Shown: positions 41,888 through 55,639 of the stretch, piece after piece
Numbering within the stretch: position 1 is the first letter of the stretch
How the letters are laid out: each line of letters starts with the position of its first letter
Assembly (NCBI RefSeq): GCF_009834535.1
Contig: NC_045698.1
Coordinates: 15,378,001 to 15,442,000, forward strand
Source: Camelus ferus
Lineage: Eukaryota
Direction of reading: 5' to 3'
DNA length: 64,000 nt
Made by a program: the position numbers and the translations under genes
The notes under the pieces: generated by a model
What the model saw: the letters and a program-made list of their open reading frames with translations, nothing else
The model's database searches: none
Told to the model about the DNA's origin: nothing

Positions 41888-44761
41888 CTAGAACAAGACA
41901 GAAATTGCAATTTGAGAATATGTCAGTTCATCTCTCCATAAAAAATAAAATTGATCAGGGCTGGCTGATTTTTTTTTTTACTGATATCCTATTATTTTCT
42001 AAGTAAACATATTGTAATCAATAAGGATCATATCTCTGTTGACTTCTTCTTCATTATCAAAATTCAATTACATTTTGAAATTGTAACTAACATGAAACCG
42101 TAACAAAATTATTCACAAAACCAAACAATTGTAGCCTTGTATTTAACACATACTGTATGTAAATATTTCAGTGTCAGGTAAAAAGTGTGTGTTACAAAAT
42201 TTAAAAAACAGAAAAGAATGGTTGTTCCAATCATACAGAGAGCTATAAAGCATTGACATAATGACTTGAATTTTATAGCCCATAAGTAACAGACATTATT
42301 CATATCTAGATTTCTCAGTTGTTAACATTACTGTACTCCTATGAAATAAACACAAATCTTCATTTAACAATACTTTTAAAAGCAATAAGTAAGGAAAAAA
42401 AGAGACAAAGAAGAATATAGAACTAAGGACCTTAGTTTTCCAAATCATGTCAACTAAGACCTCTAGTTATGTAAATTCTATGTCCTGCCAAATTGAGATA
42501 TTTTCCAAATCAGATGTCTTTTATTCAGGTTACCTTCTTAAAACATGATAATGTTTTGAAATAGTTAATGTATAGACCCTTATTATTGAATATCTCTTTG
42601 TTTCCCATTGATTTATAGCCATCTTTATATTGAGTGTTTCTTTTTTTTCTAGGAGCAAATAAGCACAGATGCCCACCATGAAGTCAGTGCTCAACTTTGC
42701 TTGGCATAACACTATCATCTCCTCCATAGTGGTGGGGTTAGGTTGAAAGCCAAAACATGTTTGATCTACCACAGCAGAATCTGGAAGGAAGACTCTTGTC
42801 ATGTGATTAAAAGGTAGAGAAGTCTGCATGATGATGGAAGCTCATCTATTCCCTCTTCTTCCAAAATGAAGGAGCAGGAAAGAGGAGATACAGGCAGAGC
42901 TTCTGTACAATGTACCTTGGAGAGATGTTTAGCACCCTGCACCCCTTCCAGGGTTTAGGCCAATCCCAGAACTAAAGAGACTATTGTTTGTTCGCTCAGA
43001 GAGTATGTGAGAGACCGCAGACCTCATAGAGGAACCTTGCATAGGTATAAAATGAGTTGCCATGACTGAGAAAGAGACTAATTAGATGTGCTTGAGGGCT
43101 AACGAAAAGTTTCCACGCACCACAAGATTCTCATGCTCCTCCTCACTCTACGAAGGACAGAATAAGCTGGAAGACCTAAAGGAGTCTGAGATTGGTTGAG
43201 GATATCGGAGAGTAGATGGATTTGTAAGCAGACCCCATGGCAAGACTCAGGGTGTCAACATTCACTGCTGTATACCAGCAAGTCGCAAAGCTAGCGTGGT
43301 GCAGGGGCACTGTGGGGGAAGTATTTGGGTGAATGAGTGGTGGATGACAGTACACGACAAGGCTGACTTTGGGTAACATGAATTGTTATATTGTAAGAAA
43401 GCCAAAGTGGCCAAAGACAAGCATCCAGAATACTGTCATGCTAGGTTGATATGGAAATACTCTCAGACTCAGCTTCTAGAGAAGACTATGAGAAAGAAAC
43501 GTTAGATATGAAGTTAAACACCTAATTGATCATTCTCAATTTCAGATGTGAGAGCATTATTTTGAATCTTCCCTTTTGAAGGAGTTTATATCATCAGCCC
43601 AAACAGATGCCAGATATAATTTATAATTCAAATTATAAGGATATAAAGAATACTTTGTTCTACACACCAAGGTTACTTGGGTGAAATTAATATCTACTTC
43701 ATGCAAACTGGACTAGAATTTTATCCCCCAAGCCAAAGTGAGCTTCTGACTCAGAGAATTGTCCTTCACAAACTATTATATAGTCTTATTCCATGCTTTA
43801 CAACCTAGTAAGTTTTTTTTTAATTTTATTTTCTATATTATAGATAAAGGTAGGTATCTACATTTGTTGGATTATTTTGTTAACTAATAAGCATGCATAT
43901 ATAAACTGACTCCACAGTGCCTGACTGTACCTTCATTGCAATTTCAATTTAAAGGGATGACTGGCAAAACAGAAAATCTCTCTTTGCTTTTGTGAGTCTG
44001 GCTGTGAATTAATAAGTGAAGTGGAGTCAGCTGAACAGAGGTGATGGAAGAGGGAAATCCATACCGTAGGTTTCCATTCTCACAGAGATGTTACAGAATA
44101 CATTTACTTCAATCCGTTCCCTTCACTGCGCTTTGAGAAATTCTAGTGTGTTCTGTTCTGTTCTGGTGGGAATGGTTGGAGTTTTGATGTGAGGAGATCT
44201 GAGAACAGTGAAATAAAACTTGCTCTTTCTGGCACTGTAGACAGGAAAAAAACAACTGGAGGTTCCTTTACTTTCTATTTCTTTCCTGTTCTTTTTTGTT
44301 TTTTCCTTTCTTGATCAAACTAGTATTTGAGAACTATTGTTCACCTCATATAATTGTAAAGATTATACAATATCTTATTAGGCAGCAATAATTACTAGGA
44401 TGTAAAAAATAAATTGAGAAATCATTGCTGCAAATAGGATATGTGTCAGAGAAAGTTTCATTGCAGTCAGGGTCACAGACTGTTATTACTTGAAAATCCC
44501 CTAGGGGCTTGAACATACATTTATATTTTTTATGATGTCATTTATTTATTTCTATTGGTATATTTCCATGAGGCAAGACAGAGAAAATTAACTTTAATAA
44601 AAATATAGTTCAGTCCAATAGACAGTCTTCCTTCCATCCAGGTGTGGCATCTCAATGAAAATTTAAAAATTGATTTATATGGTAAAATGAGGAGAGATAC
44701 ATGAAGAAGGGAGAGAGAAAAAAAAAGAGATTGAGGCTACGTGATTAATAGTGAAACCAAC

Positions 44762-45013
44762 CTAAGAGTATAACAATGCACAGCAGGATTGCAATCAAAG
44801 CCCCAGTGCTGAGTCCCACAGGTAGAAAAATTGCTTCCACATTACAAGTCAGGATGGTACCATCAGCATCACATCTACAAACTCGAATAGTCATTGTGTT
44901 TGTGCTGCTCTGGACAGGATAACTGCTGTCTTCTATTACAACAGGGAGGAAATACAACTCTTGCTGCCTGCGGCTGTATCCATTTCTTCGGGTTTCAATT
45001 CCAGCTGTGTTGT
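44762..45013 (-). CDS. CDH12: Cadherin-12 penultimate coding exon (EC5 C-terminal half plus TM start), 252 bp
   Basis: (N)[83 protein letters not shown]. Acceptor tttgtag|AC, donor TTAG|gttggt. Phase 1-1 and joins in frame to both neighbours. Confidence 0.95.
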
Positions 45014-46574
45014 CTACAAAACATGACACGTATGATAAGATGGTTACTATGAGCATCACTTCAGACCTCAAAGTTGGTATCTGTTAAACAGTAGGAAGCT
45101 CTTCTTAAGTCAGTAAAACTACACCCAGATTTTAATTCTTTCCTTTATCATTATGAACGCTGTCAAAATGTAATCCAATCTAGTCAAAACAAACCTTAGG
45201 AAAAGAAGAAACATTAGTCTTGTCTGGTGTAAGAATTAAATTTTCTATTCAGAGAGAAGAGAAAATGGCTTATAAGACCAGGAGTATGTTGCACTGACTC
45301 ACTTTTTTGTTCTGACATCAAAATCTCACAGAGAAAAAATACTCCAGTGAGTGTTTTCTTACTTGACAGAAGAGCAAAGATTACAATGTAGGAATCTGTA
45401 TAACATCTTACCTAAGAAACTATTTTTGAAAATATAACAAATATCAATAGACTATTCAGATAAAACTTGATTTTTTTAATTTTTCCCAAATCTATATGTT
45501 ACATATATTTGTATATTTATACACTTTCACTTTCACTTAAGAAACATGAAAAGGAAAATAAAATGTGTTAAAAATGTCAAGATTCATTACAATTTTTACA
45601 CATCATGAATTATAATAATTGTCACTTTAATTACATAAATAATTCATTTTAATTTGGATACAATCAACAATGAAATATTTACTTGAAACAATCAAAGCCA
45701 ATAAGGAGTTTAAATTTTATATTAATACAATTAATATTTCTATTAAAATTTTGCATGCATTTGTTCTTTGCTTCTTTTATTTCTATACATAGAAGTGGAA
45801 ATTTTATTGTATTCATAACACTATTTCATTTTTAAGTCTACTAAAGTCACTCTTAGAAACACTTTGTTATTTTTTAAAATGTATTACTATTTAGTTTATT
45901 ATAGCATACATGATACCCACTTTAGAATCAGGAAACACAATTTTAGACAAATATGCTACTGAGGAAAATACAAGTATGTCAGAAAAATTCTACTGTCTCA
46001 ATAATATTCCATTCATCTTTCTGTCGATTCTAATTTCAACAACTAAAAATTAGGCACCTTCTCCATACCCATTTCAGTGGGAAGCACCAAGTTGAGACAA
46101 CTTTACATGATAAGATAGAGTTTGGAATGGGACATAGAAGATATTTTTAAATTGAGAAACAAAGTATCAAGCTGCCAGATGCCTATTATAATATTCTCAA
46201 CAAGAGTCAGCGATGCCAGGCACTTGTGTTGACAGTAGGAATAGAAAAATGAGGAGTAGTTGAATTAATATTGAAATCTTCAGCAATTAATAACTGAAAA
46301 CTTGAATCTGGGGAAAAGAACACTCAAGGATTAAAGTATGAAACCTGAGTGAAAAATGATTACTAGAAATAAAAAGTCAGAGAAGCTCGTGTATTTGCAC
46401 TTAGGAAACTAGGGTTTTGATATTCTTGAATATGTCAAAAGGCAGTCTACCCTTTTCAAAGGTTTATTTTCAATCCATTGTTATTATTGATATGTGATGA
46501 TTCAGAATTCATTATGCTGTCCATGATGGGAAGAAAAAAGATATATTAAATGACATTTTCATCTGTAAAATGGT

Positions 46575-47002
46575 TTCCAATGATGAACAGATTAAAAAAT
46601 GCCATACATGTATACTGTATATATACACACACAACTGAATATTATTCAGCTGTAAGAAAGAAGGAAATTTTGCCATTTGTGACAACATGGATGAGCCTGG
46701 AGGGCATTATGCTGGTGAAATAGGCCAGACAGGAAAAAAGACAAATACTGCAGTGGTATCACTTATATGAGGAATCTTAAAAAAAAAGTGCAACTCATAG
46801 AAACAGAAAGTATAAAAATGGTTGCCAGGGGCTGGAGGTGGGAGAAATAGGAAGAGGTTGGTGAAAGGATACAAACTCTCAGTCATAATAGGGAGAAGGT
46901 CTGAGGACCTAACATATAGCACGGTGACTGTGGTTGATAACACTGTACTGTACAACTGAAATTTGCTAAGAGAGTAGAACTTAAATGTTCTCACAAAAAA
47001 AG
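46575..47002 (+). mobile_element. L1MA-type 3' end, intronic
   Basis: gaaggaaattttgccatttgtgacaacatggatgagcctggagggcattatgct...gaaatttgctaagagagtagaacttaaatgttctcacaaaaaaa. Confidence 0.9.
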
Positions 47003-47249
47003 GTGAAAAAAATTTTCTATCTGCTTAAAAAAAACAAACCTTACAATTACACTTAAAATATAACAAGATAAAATTGGCACTATGGTAAGTGGCAAATACA
47101 TGCTGAGACATGTTGAGACTTCTAAGTGGCAAATACATGAGAAAACATGCTATGAGGCAAGATGATCTGATTCATATTATCACAATTAGTCAGATATAGA
47201 TTCTCCAGCAAAAAAAAAAAAAATACAATGACGGAAAATAGTCATTACT

Positions 47250-47605
47250 TTTGTTCCTCAATGATGCGACCATCTGTTGAGTTGCCCAAGCCAATGGTCT
47301 GGAAACTGGATTAGTCTTCTTCTTTATCACCTTTACATATAGTATTCAGGAGATCTAGCGTCCAGCTATATGGATTCTATCTCTAACCGCTAACTTCCAT
47401 CCTCATGGCCATTACCCTAATCCAAGACTCAGCCAGTTTCTGGAGTGGCATCAGAAGTCATCTTACATCCTCTGTCGTATTTTCCACACTGCATCTGAAC
47501 TGATCTGCTAAAATGCAAATCTGAAAGTGTTACACTCTCCTGTAAATCTTTCAAAGAATTCTCAAGTCATTAGATTTAAGTTACAAGGTCTGTAAATGGC
47601 TTATA
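47250..47605 (+). mobile_element. L2 fragment
   Basis: accatctgttgagttgcccaagcca...ccattaccctaatccaag...tccacactgca...aaaatgcaaatctga. Confidence 0.6.
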
Positions 47606-47607
47606 GA

Positions 47608-47743
47608 CAGGGTGATCATACAGTCTAGTTTCTCTTATAACTGCCCTATTTTAGTTGCGCTGCTCTAATTAAAGTGACTTATATCGTCCACTTCTATTCT
47701 CAAAAGTGCTCCAGTTTTCACGATAGCATATGTGGTATCCCTA
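47608..47743. mobile_element. Small hAT (Tip100-like) MITE relic
   Basis: Imperfect terminal inverted repeats cagggtgatcata ... tatgtggtatcccta. Confidence 0.45.
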
Positions 47744-48229
47744 CTTATTTGCCCCTTCACAACTGGGACCCTGTTCGTTCCCAGACGTGCTCATGTTACA
47801 TTATCAGATGCTGCAAATCTTACTGAATTTCCTTCTGTGACTCTGACTTTCTTCCCCCAAGTATTTGAAGAAAACTAAGTCTTCTCAAAACACTCTTTGA
47901 TTTCTACAATCATCATCATCATTGCATTATCTGTCCATTCACAGTTGGTTCATTTGCTCTGTAAGTATAAAATTTAGTAAAAAAAAAATTAGTTTTTACT
48001 ACCCCATGTTATGAACTCAGGTGTTTTTATTCCCTACTTTATGTATGACTTAGAAGAGATAAAATATCCAGTCACAGGACAAATAAAGTCAGAACCGACC
48101 AGTACTTAACCTTACTATTTCGAATCCAGTGTCCTTTATATTGTGGTAATATGAGTATCAGTGGCAGTGCTAATGTGATGGAAGTAGCAGTGTGGTAGAA
48201 TCTAAGTGTAGATACAATGGCAGAGGGGG

Positions 48230-48450
48230 TGGCTAAAATTCTCTTGAAGGTAATGAGTTTTAGGCATTGTGTTAGAGAATTCTTATACCTTATTTTATTT
48301 AACATAAATACTATGAGGTTAATTTATTTTAACCGTAGGGTTAAAATTATTTAGTATAATTTAACATATTGAGAGTCTGCCATCTAGGTAGTAATACAGT
48401 GGGAATGAAAACCTATGCCAATCTCACTACAGTGCCTGTGCCATACCATG
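48230..48450 (-). mobile_element. MIR relic
   Basis: taggcattgtgttagagaattcttatacc...actatgaggtt...gggaatgaaaacctatgc. Confidence 0.5.
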
Positions 48451-48808
48451 TGTTATTCAAACAAAATGGTTTCTAGGAAGGTACCAATTTGTGTGTACAA
48501 GTAGTGCGTGTGGAACAAATGGTGTATTTAAAACACGGAAAGTATTCAATTTCTCAAATAGCCTCTTGTTTGCTTGACTCATTAAGGGGATATCCACATT
48601 ATAAACGGAAGTAATTTTCCTCATTAGATACAGTCGAGATAGGTTAAATATTTAGTTTACAGCTAGCCATGAAATTTTGCCTTTCTCATGTATGGATTTG
48701 TATATTTGATGGACTTGAGTGCTTTTAGGAAAAGCATTGGTTTCCTACCTTTGTGTCCTTTTACAAAGCTGCATAATAAGCGGTAAATTTGTATGTGGTT
48801 AAACTTAC

Positions 48809-48926
48809 TTCTGAAGTCACGAACTGTAAAATTTGGTTTGATGGCAGCTTCAGGTGATAATTTAAAGGAGAACTGCTGCCCGGCTGGTGAAAGGTCGCGG
48901 TCTGCAGCGCTGACTGTCTGAATTAT
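48809..48926 (-). CDS. CDH12: Cadherin-12 coding exon (EC5 N-terminal part), 118 bp
   Basis: [39 protein letters not shown] with the cadherin Ca-binding AxDxD motif. Acceptor tttcag|ATA, donor AGAA|gtaagt, phase 0-1. Confidence 0.94.
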
Positions 48927-51690
48927 CTGAAACAAAGTTGAGATGCAACTTGCAATCAGTCATCAGCTTCAAAGGGAACTCTACATAGTAAGTTTATTTA
49001 ATGAAACATTTTTAGAATTCATATCAGTAGGCCAATTATTTACAAATACATTTTATAAACAAATAGCTAAAAATTTACAGTTAATAATGGCAGGTACAGT
49101 TATAGGGTATGGGCTAATTCCAAGTCGATATCTATATAGCTAAAAAGCTTAACAACACTGAAATTTTTCACTAATAAGCAAAATAAAATTAAAATGTACT
49201 TGCTTGCATTTTAAATTAGGTGAAATAAATGCTTTCTAACATAAATAAGAAAGTGCTTACCAGAAACAAAATCTCTGATTATTTAAAAGTCCTTGCAAAG
49301 CAAAATTTTAGTATAGTTTTGTTTGTGAGATTGAGTTTATTTTCATAAATAAGTAAACTGATGAGAAAGAGAGATACAGAGGATGTAAATCTGTTTCTGT
49401 AGTTATGTCTCTTTTCCCCAATGGGTAAGAATACAAATTGTGTTTTTATAGAGGTGTTTTTTTTTTTTAAAGAAGTAAGCAAGACCAACCTAATTTCAAA
49501 TTTTTCCTAAGTTGCTCCCATAAGTTGTGTATCTAAGTAGTTAAAATTCTGATACTTCAATGAGATGTCCTTGAGAATCTAGAGATTAACTTCTGAAAGC
49601 CAAACCATAAAAGTGATTATTCACTGTATAGATAAGCAAAGCAAAATGGCTTTGAGGTGTTTATTTATTAACATATTCAATGGGTTTGCATCAGGAAGAA
49701 TTTCAGGACTTGTGAGTGGAAGGGGAGGAGGGCAATGTGCTGTTCAGGTGATCACACTCTTAGACTAAATTCGAATTTGCCAGAGGAAGAGCTTAGATAT
49801 ATAATATCCTGGTCCCCAGGGGCAAAGCTTGCACCATGTGATCTGAGACTGATGTCATTAAACATGTGAGTTATTTGCTACTTTTCTTTTGATTCCACAG
49901 CAAAACTCAATCTAATGACTATGATCTACCTTCCCATGTAGCTGTTTGGTCTCCTAGGCACACACAGGAACACACACGAACACACGCGAACACAAAGATG
50001 TATATCCTGGGGCTTCAGGTGTCTCGTACAGTACTAGTAATTTGTAATTTGACAACTGATCATAAAATTAAAATTTCGGTTCCCTATTTTAGTATGAGTC
50101 AGTCACACAGGATCTCTTTTAGCATTGTCATGAATTCACCACCGAAGGCCAAATCATGGAATGTATTGATTTAGTCAAATAATTACCATACAGATCACGT
50201 AAAACTTCAACTTTCCTTCACATAAAACCATGTGCTCAGATCACTATATCTCATTCATAAAATTTCTTTAAATTATTTGGGAGTTAATTTGTCAATTTTG
50301 TTTTGTCTTGCCTTTATTATCAACTATCACAATTATTTACTAAATTAAAAGTATTTAACATCAAAACTTATCAAGAACATAATTTTAGAATGTAGAAACA
50401 CCCTTCAAAAGAGCATACAGTGATGGATTTTTCAGTATAAACTGGCACCTATCTGGAACTGGCCCTTGGGAGTTATTGCCTTAAGGAAAACAACCCCCAT
50501 ACGTTATTGATTCACTACAAATATCACCATTGGTTTATATAGCATCATCTTTCTTTTCTCTTACTTCTTTTGATTAATAGATAGATAGATAAGGCATCCA
50601 TCCATCCATCCATGAATGCATATTCAATTATAGTCAAGGATAGATAGATAGTTTCTATGTAGAGTTCCTAGGCAAGAGGGAGGATGGCTGAGGTCAAAAG
50701 CAGAAAACACTACCTTTCAGACATTTCAGGATTATGTTTTCTATGTAAATGTGGCCCAACAGAAAAAAGAATGTCCAAGAGATAATTATTAGAAACAAGA
50801 GCTTCCAAAGACCCCAAAGATTCCTTATCCCTTTGTCTAGATATAAGAAAATCAAGTTATCTCTAATTATGCCTACTATTCCCAACTTTTTAAACTCTTC
50901 AATTTACTAGACAAACATATTTCTATTTCCAAAAGGCTTTCAGTTAATGCACTACAAGATTCTGATTGTTATGAAATAATTAATATCTCTAATTACTTAA
51001 AAATAAATGGCTTTTTGGAGTAGTAGTGGAGGGCTCTAGAAAGTTGAAAATAGCTAAGTTGTGGAATTTTGGCAAGCTTCTTATAACTTCATAATAATCA
51101 AATCAGGTTATTTGTGTAAACCTTTAGGAAGCATTTACTATTTCAGACGTTAAAGCAGGCACTGGGTTCATCCAATGTAAATTTGGGGTGCATTTAGAGT
51201 GATAAAGCATTAAAACTTTAAAAAACGCATTTCAGTGTCTATTCAAAATTAAAGAGGCAAATCTTATAACTACTGAGCACTTGAAATGGGGTGTATGTGA
51301 ATGAGAACATTTATTTTTAAGCTTTATCTAATTTTAATAGTCATAATGCTAGTGAATCTCACAGGATTCAAATAATGGGACAAATATTCTACAAAGCAGC
51401 AGAAAACATTCAAACTGAAACAAATACTAAATCTTAAAGACTGACCTTTTTCAATAAAGATACTGTTCCACATATTCAGATATTTTTTCAAATAAGAATT
51501 AAAACTTCACATTTTCTTAAATGAGTAGTTATGCTATTCAAAAGTAATCAAAATATACATCAAACCAACACATTCTGGTGTATTTTTCCTTTGGAAACTA
51601 GGTACACAATATTGGATTAATTATATTCTTGTTTCATAATACATTCATACCATTTGCTCAAGCCTAGTTCCTATTAGATTATACTATGTC

Positions 51691-51739
51691 ATATCATATC
51701 ATATCATATCATATCATATCATATCATATCATATCATAT
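51691..51739. repeat. (ATATC)9 pentanucleotide microsatellite
   Basis: Counted directly. Confidence 0.95.
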
Positions 51740-52352
51740 ATTCATCACTCATTTATAGTACAGGAAAAATCTGGCTATCTACCATACTCTCATAAACTCT
51801 AGGATTTTGACAGTAACTTTCATTAACTATGTGGTCCTCCATCATACCCTCACTCCACTAGAACCTCCCTCCAGAGCAATACTTAGTAAGAAAATGTAAC
51901 TCAGATATTTTGAATAACCCTACTTAAGGCCACCAGAGAAAGCTTTACATTTTTCATGGGTTTAACAGCTTTTATGTAACCTTCCATGAAGGCATGTGAG
52001 CAAAGCAAGAAATACTATAGAAGAACGTACTCTAAAGTTGCTTACTTACTGCGTTTATAGGTACAAGTTCTTCTCAAATTTCACAGTAAAGGAATGGAAA
52101 ACAGCAGAATCTGCAATCCTAGAATTTTTAGTTGTACAAAGACTATTCACCAGACCATCATAATTTTATCCCCGGTGGTGTTACCTCCACACCCATACAT
52201 AGACCATTAATTCAAAAAAATTGACTATATTTTGGCTTCTTTTATGAAGACATAGGATCCATGTGTGTGTATTAAGGCATGGTCTTGTAACCTAAAACGC
52301 GTGCATAGAGCAGGTCTTCATACAATCTGAATCAAGAGTGTTGATAAGATAC

Positions 52353-52474
52353 CTGTCCTGGTTTGGCATTTTCACACACTGCTGTCTCATATGGCACAGA
52401 GATTTCTGGAGGAAATTCATTGACATCTAGGACATTAATCAATATGTTGACTCTGCTGGTTAATAATGGATTAC
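52353..52474 (-). CDS. CDH12: Cadherin-12 coding exon (EC4/EC5 linker), 122 bp; not in the ORF track
   Basis: Manual translation: (S)[40 protein letters not shown] with the cadherin DxN(D/E)xxP motif. Acceptor tttttatcag|GT, donor CAG|gtatct, phase 1-0, in frame with the 48926 exon. Confidence 0.93.
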
Positions 52475-54124
52475 CTGATAAAAACATAAAAAGAGAGCAG
52501 CTGATTTAAAAATCCGATCAATAATTGCTTTTAGAGTAAATAGCATTAACATTTAAAAAAATCAGCATTCATATGGAATCCAAATGACCTTTCCTTAATG
52601 GCAAACTCTGAGGAGTTGAGCCAAATATAAATGAAAAAACGATGAATACAGGTGGTATCAATGTTTCTCTGTCAAAGCATCACAGTGCACTGCTCCAGCG
52701 TTTGTCCCTGAAAATCACCACTAAAGTTAGGTTCAACCATTTAGCTGGAATTTCATCACCAGTCTAGCCATCATACTAGGGCTAGTTCATAGACCCAATC
52801 TTCACCAATCGTGGTATTTTTCACTGGATAAAACATTTTTTTCTATGTTGTGGCTATAATTTTATTGAGTAGCATCATCTGCATATTGAAATAACACTCT
52901 CAAAATGATTCCTCCTAAAAAAGAATGATAAATAACAAAGAGAATGAATGAGAGATGGCTTTTCCTAAATGAAAATTAAGGTAAATTTAAGAAAGTAACA
53001 GTAAGAGATAGATCACATAAAACTAGGAGGCACCCTGAAATCACTCACTGGTGATGAGAAAGGAAAGAATAAACAACCTTTCCTTCCTACAGTATCAAAA
53101 AATGGTAGTTTGAAAAGAGTCACTGCCAAAATCCCATCACAAGTTTTAGTCCCAGATACATTGTCTTCATCTCTGTCATTTGTTGAAACAAGACCAGAAA
53201 TAGTTAAACTAATAAGGCATAGCATAATGCATATGTTTTAACTTATTTATTGTAAAATTTTATCTAATGGTTTTCGGTTGGCTGAAGTGTCCCAAATTGT
53301 TGAAAGATCTTGTCCAAAGTTGTATATCTAGATGAATGAGGAGTTAATATTCAATCCCAAGACTATAGAAATCCAAATATTGTGTTCATTCCACCAGACC
53401 TTTTCTATTGATTGGTGTGGTAAACTCATCTCTGCAGTGCCACCGAAGATTCATAATGTTAGTATTCTTTTCTACTTCGATGTGGATGCTTTTAAAGAAT
53501 GCATACAAATCTCACCACATGACTGATTCTGATAAGCTTACAATAGTCTTCTGTGCTAAAATTTATTTTAAGAAATAAAAAGCATTGTCAGCAGTAGCTT
53601 AAGAAATGTTCACATATTCATATACAACACAGTGAAATTCATTACTGTGTACCAGTACAGGCACAGATAACATAAAGTAAGGATAAATGGTATATTTTGT
53701 AAAATAGGTTTTGTTCATAGAAAGTGTATTGGTAATCTTGGAGGAGGATGCATAAAATGTCTATTATTTACACATTAATATTGGTCACATGGCATTATCT
53801 TTTATGATAGAAAAGGCTTTGTTCTGTTTCCACAAGTTATTTAATCTTTCTTCAACTTGTGGTATTAGTAAGTGCTAATTCATAAGTTTTCTAATTTGTT
53901 GTATTAAATCAGATGGTGATTTACAAAATGTGAGATCACTTGGTAAATTGTCATTATTTTCATTACCAACTATAATTTGTGGAGACTATGTAGTTCGGCT
54001 TCTGTTATTAGTATTAAGTACTCATATATCATAAAATACAGATAAAACCAACAATTTGGCTAAGTTAATTTCACTTTCCTAAATAAACCAAAAATTATCA
54101 ATCAGTACAACAAAATCAGCTCCT

Positions 54125-54355
54125 AATACTTTGTAATACTTATAACGTACCCATGTTCTAAAACACATTTCCTAGGTGAACTTATTTAGGTTTTACAGCA
54201 ACTTTAATATAGAAACTATTATTATCCCCGTAATTGTATACAGAACTCTGAAAAACAGAAGGAGACTGTAACTCTTCCAAAAATCTCAAGACAAAAGTGG
54301 TAAGGTGGGTTTTGAATCCAAGTGTCCTAGTTTCAAGTCCATGCCCTTAAACGCT
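54125..54355 (-). mobile_element. MIR relic
   Basis: actattattatccccg...ggtgggttttgaatccaagtgtc...caagtccatgcccttaa. Confidence 0.55.
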
Positions 54356-55639
54356 ATTAAACATTAACCTACTCAACTTCTGTAACATGTAACAATCAAT
54401 CACCACCTCTTATTTTATTTGGTACATAATTTACAAATCACAAGGACATAAAAAGAAAAGAGTGTCCCCCCCAACCAGGGTACAGTTTTATTTTATGAGG
54501 TTAGTGTCAGGATGAGATAGCTTCTAAAGTCCTGACTTCCCGCATATTATATTTATAGTACAAATTTACATTTATAATGTGTAAACATATTGCTAATTTA
54601 AGCTGTTTTCACCCATAAGAAATTTCCTTTTGGTAATTTTAATATTTATCCTCTCTCAATGTAGATTTTAACTTCTGTCCCAAAGAGTAATAGGTCACAA
54701 AAATATAATCAGTAATGTAGCATCTTATTATTAAAAGTGTTTCTCAAAGGTGTGCTTTTGGTATTTTAGGTATTAATATAAAAACATTTCGTTGTGTGAG
54801 ATTTTCCTATGTACTGTAGAATCTGTAGAATTACTGAATATTAAATGTTACTAAGTCATCACTGTGGCAATTACAAAATAAATGCCTCAACAAGGATAAA
54901 GGAAAAATTATAACAACAGAGACAACATATTCATATTGTCTAAAATGAGTGATGAGTTTATGGGTTTCACTATATTATTCTCTCTTCTATTGTATATTTG
55001 TAAAACTTTTTATAGTTAAAGGTTTAACAATGTCACCTTATTTTTTAAACTCTGGCTGGGTAAGTGGTAATATTTCTATTCAAGAACCACTATACTTAAG
55101 AATTCACCTTTTCATAGAGAATATGCTTATTAGAGTAATGTAGAATTTTGTCATTCTATGTAATTCACCAAATGATGTGAAAAAGTAATGACATGTTCTT
55201 TCTGATTCATCTAATCTTTGAAACGGCAAAGGTAAAATTTGCTTAAACTTGATTCAGCATGAGCACTATTATCCAAGTCTTTGCCATGTTGGAAACCAGT
55301 TATCATTGAATAATTAGATAACAAATTCAAATATGAACTTAATAAATATTAAATAACCAAAATATTACACAATTAATTACTGTGTTCCTGGCAGTCAAAC
55401 CATTTAAACTGTAATTATCATTGATTCATGCTGCTTATATTGAATAACTAGCTTATTAATAGATTTAGGTTCAGATAAAACAGTAGCTAATTCTATTTTT
55501 GTTCCTCATGTCGTCAAGAATGTTTTGTTAGATCTTCTTTCTCTTCCTCCTGGTGATATCTCAGTCAGCTCCCAGAGCTTTTGAGTCAATTTGAGTTAGA
55601 ATGAGCTTATTGTTAGTATTTTAAAGTATGGCTTAAACT

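Noticed and set aside
45014..45071. N-terminal part of ORF 44745-45071 (MRSEVMLIV...)
   Set aside because: Upstream of the acceptor AG at 45015-45014, so intronic.
48663..48808. ORF extension past the CDH12 exon (SKFNHIQ...KFHG) as a secreted isoform
   Set aside because: It follows a consensus donor gtaagt and has no cadherin similarity, so it is intron read-through.
51691..51739. CRISPR-like or other repeat-spacer array (also 35062-35130, 47086-47155, 49960-49995)
   Set aside because: Simple tandem repeats without unique spacers, in a mammalian context with no cas genes.
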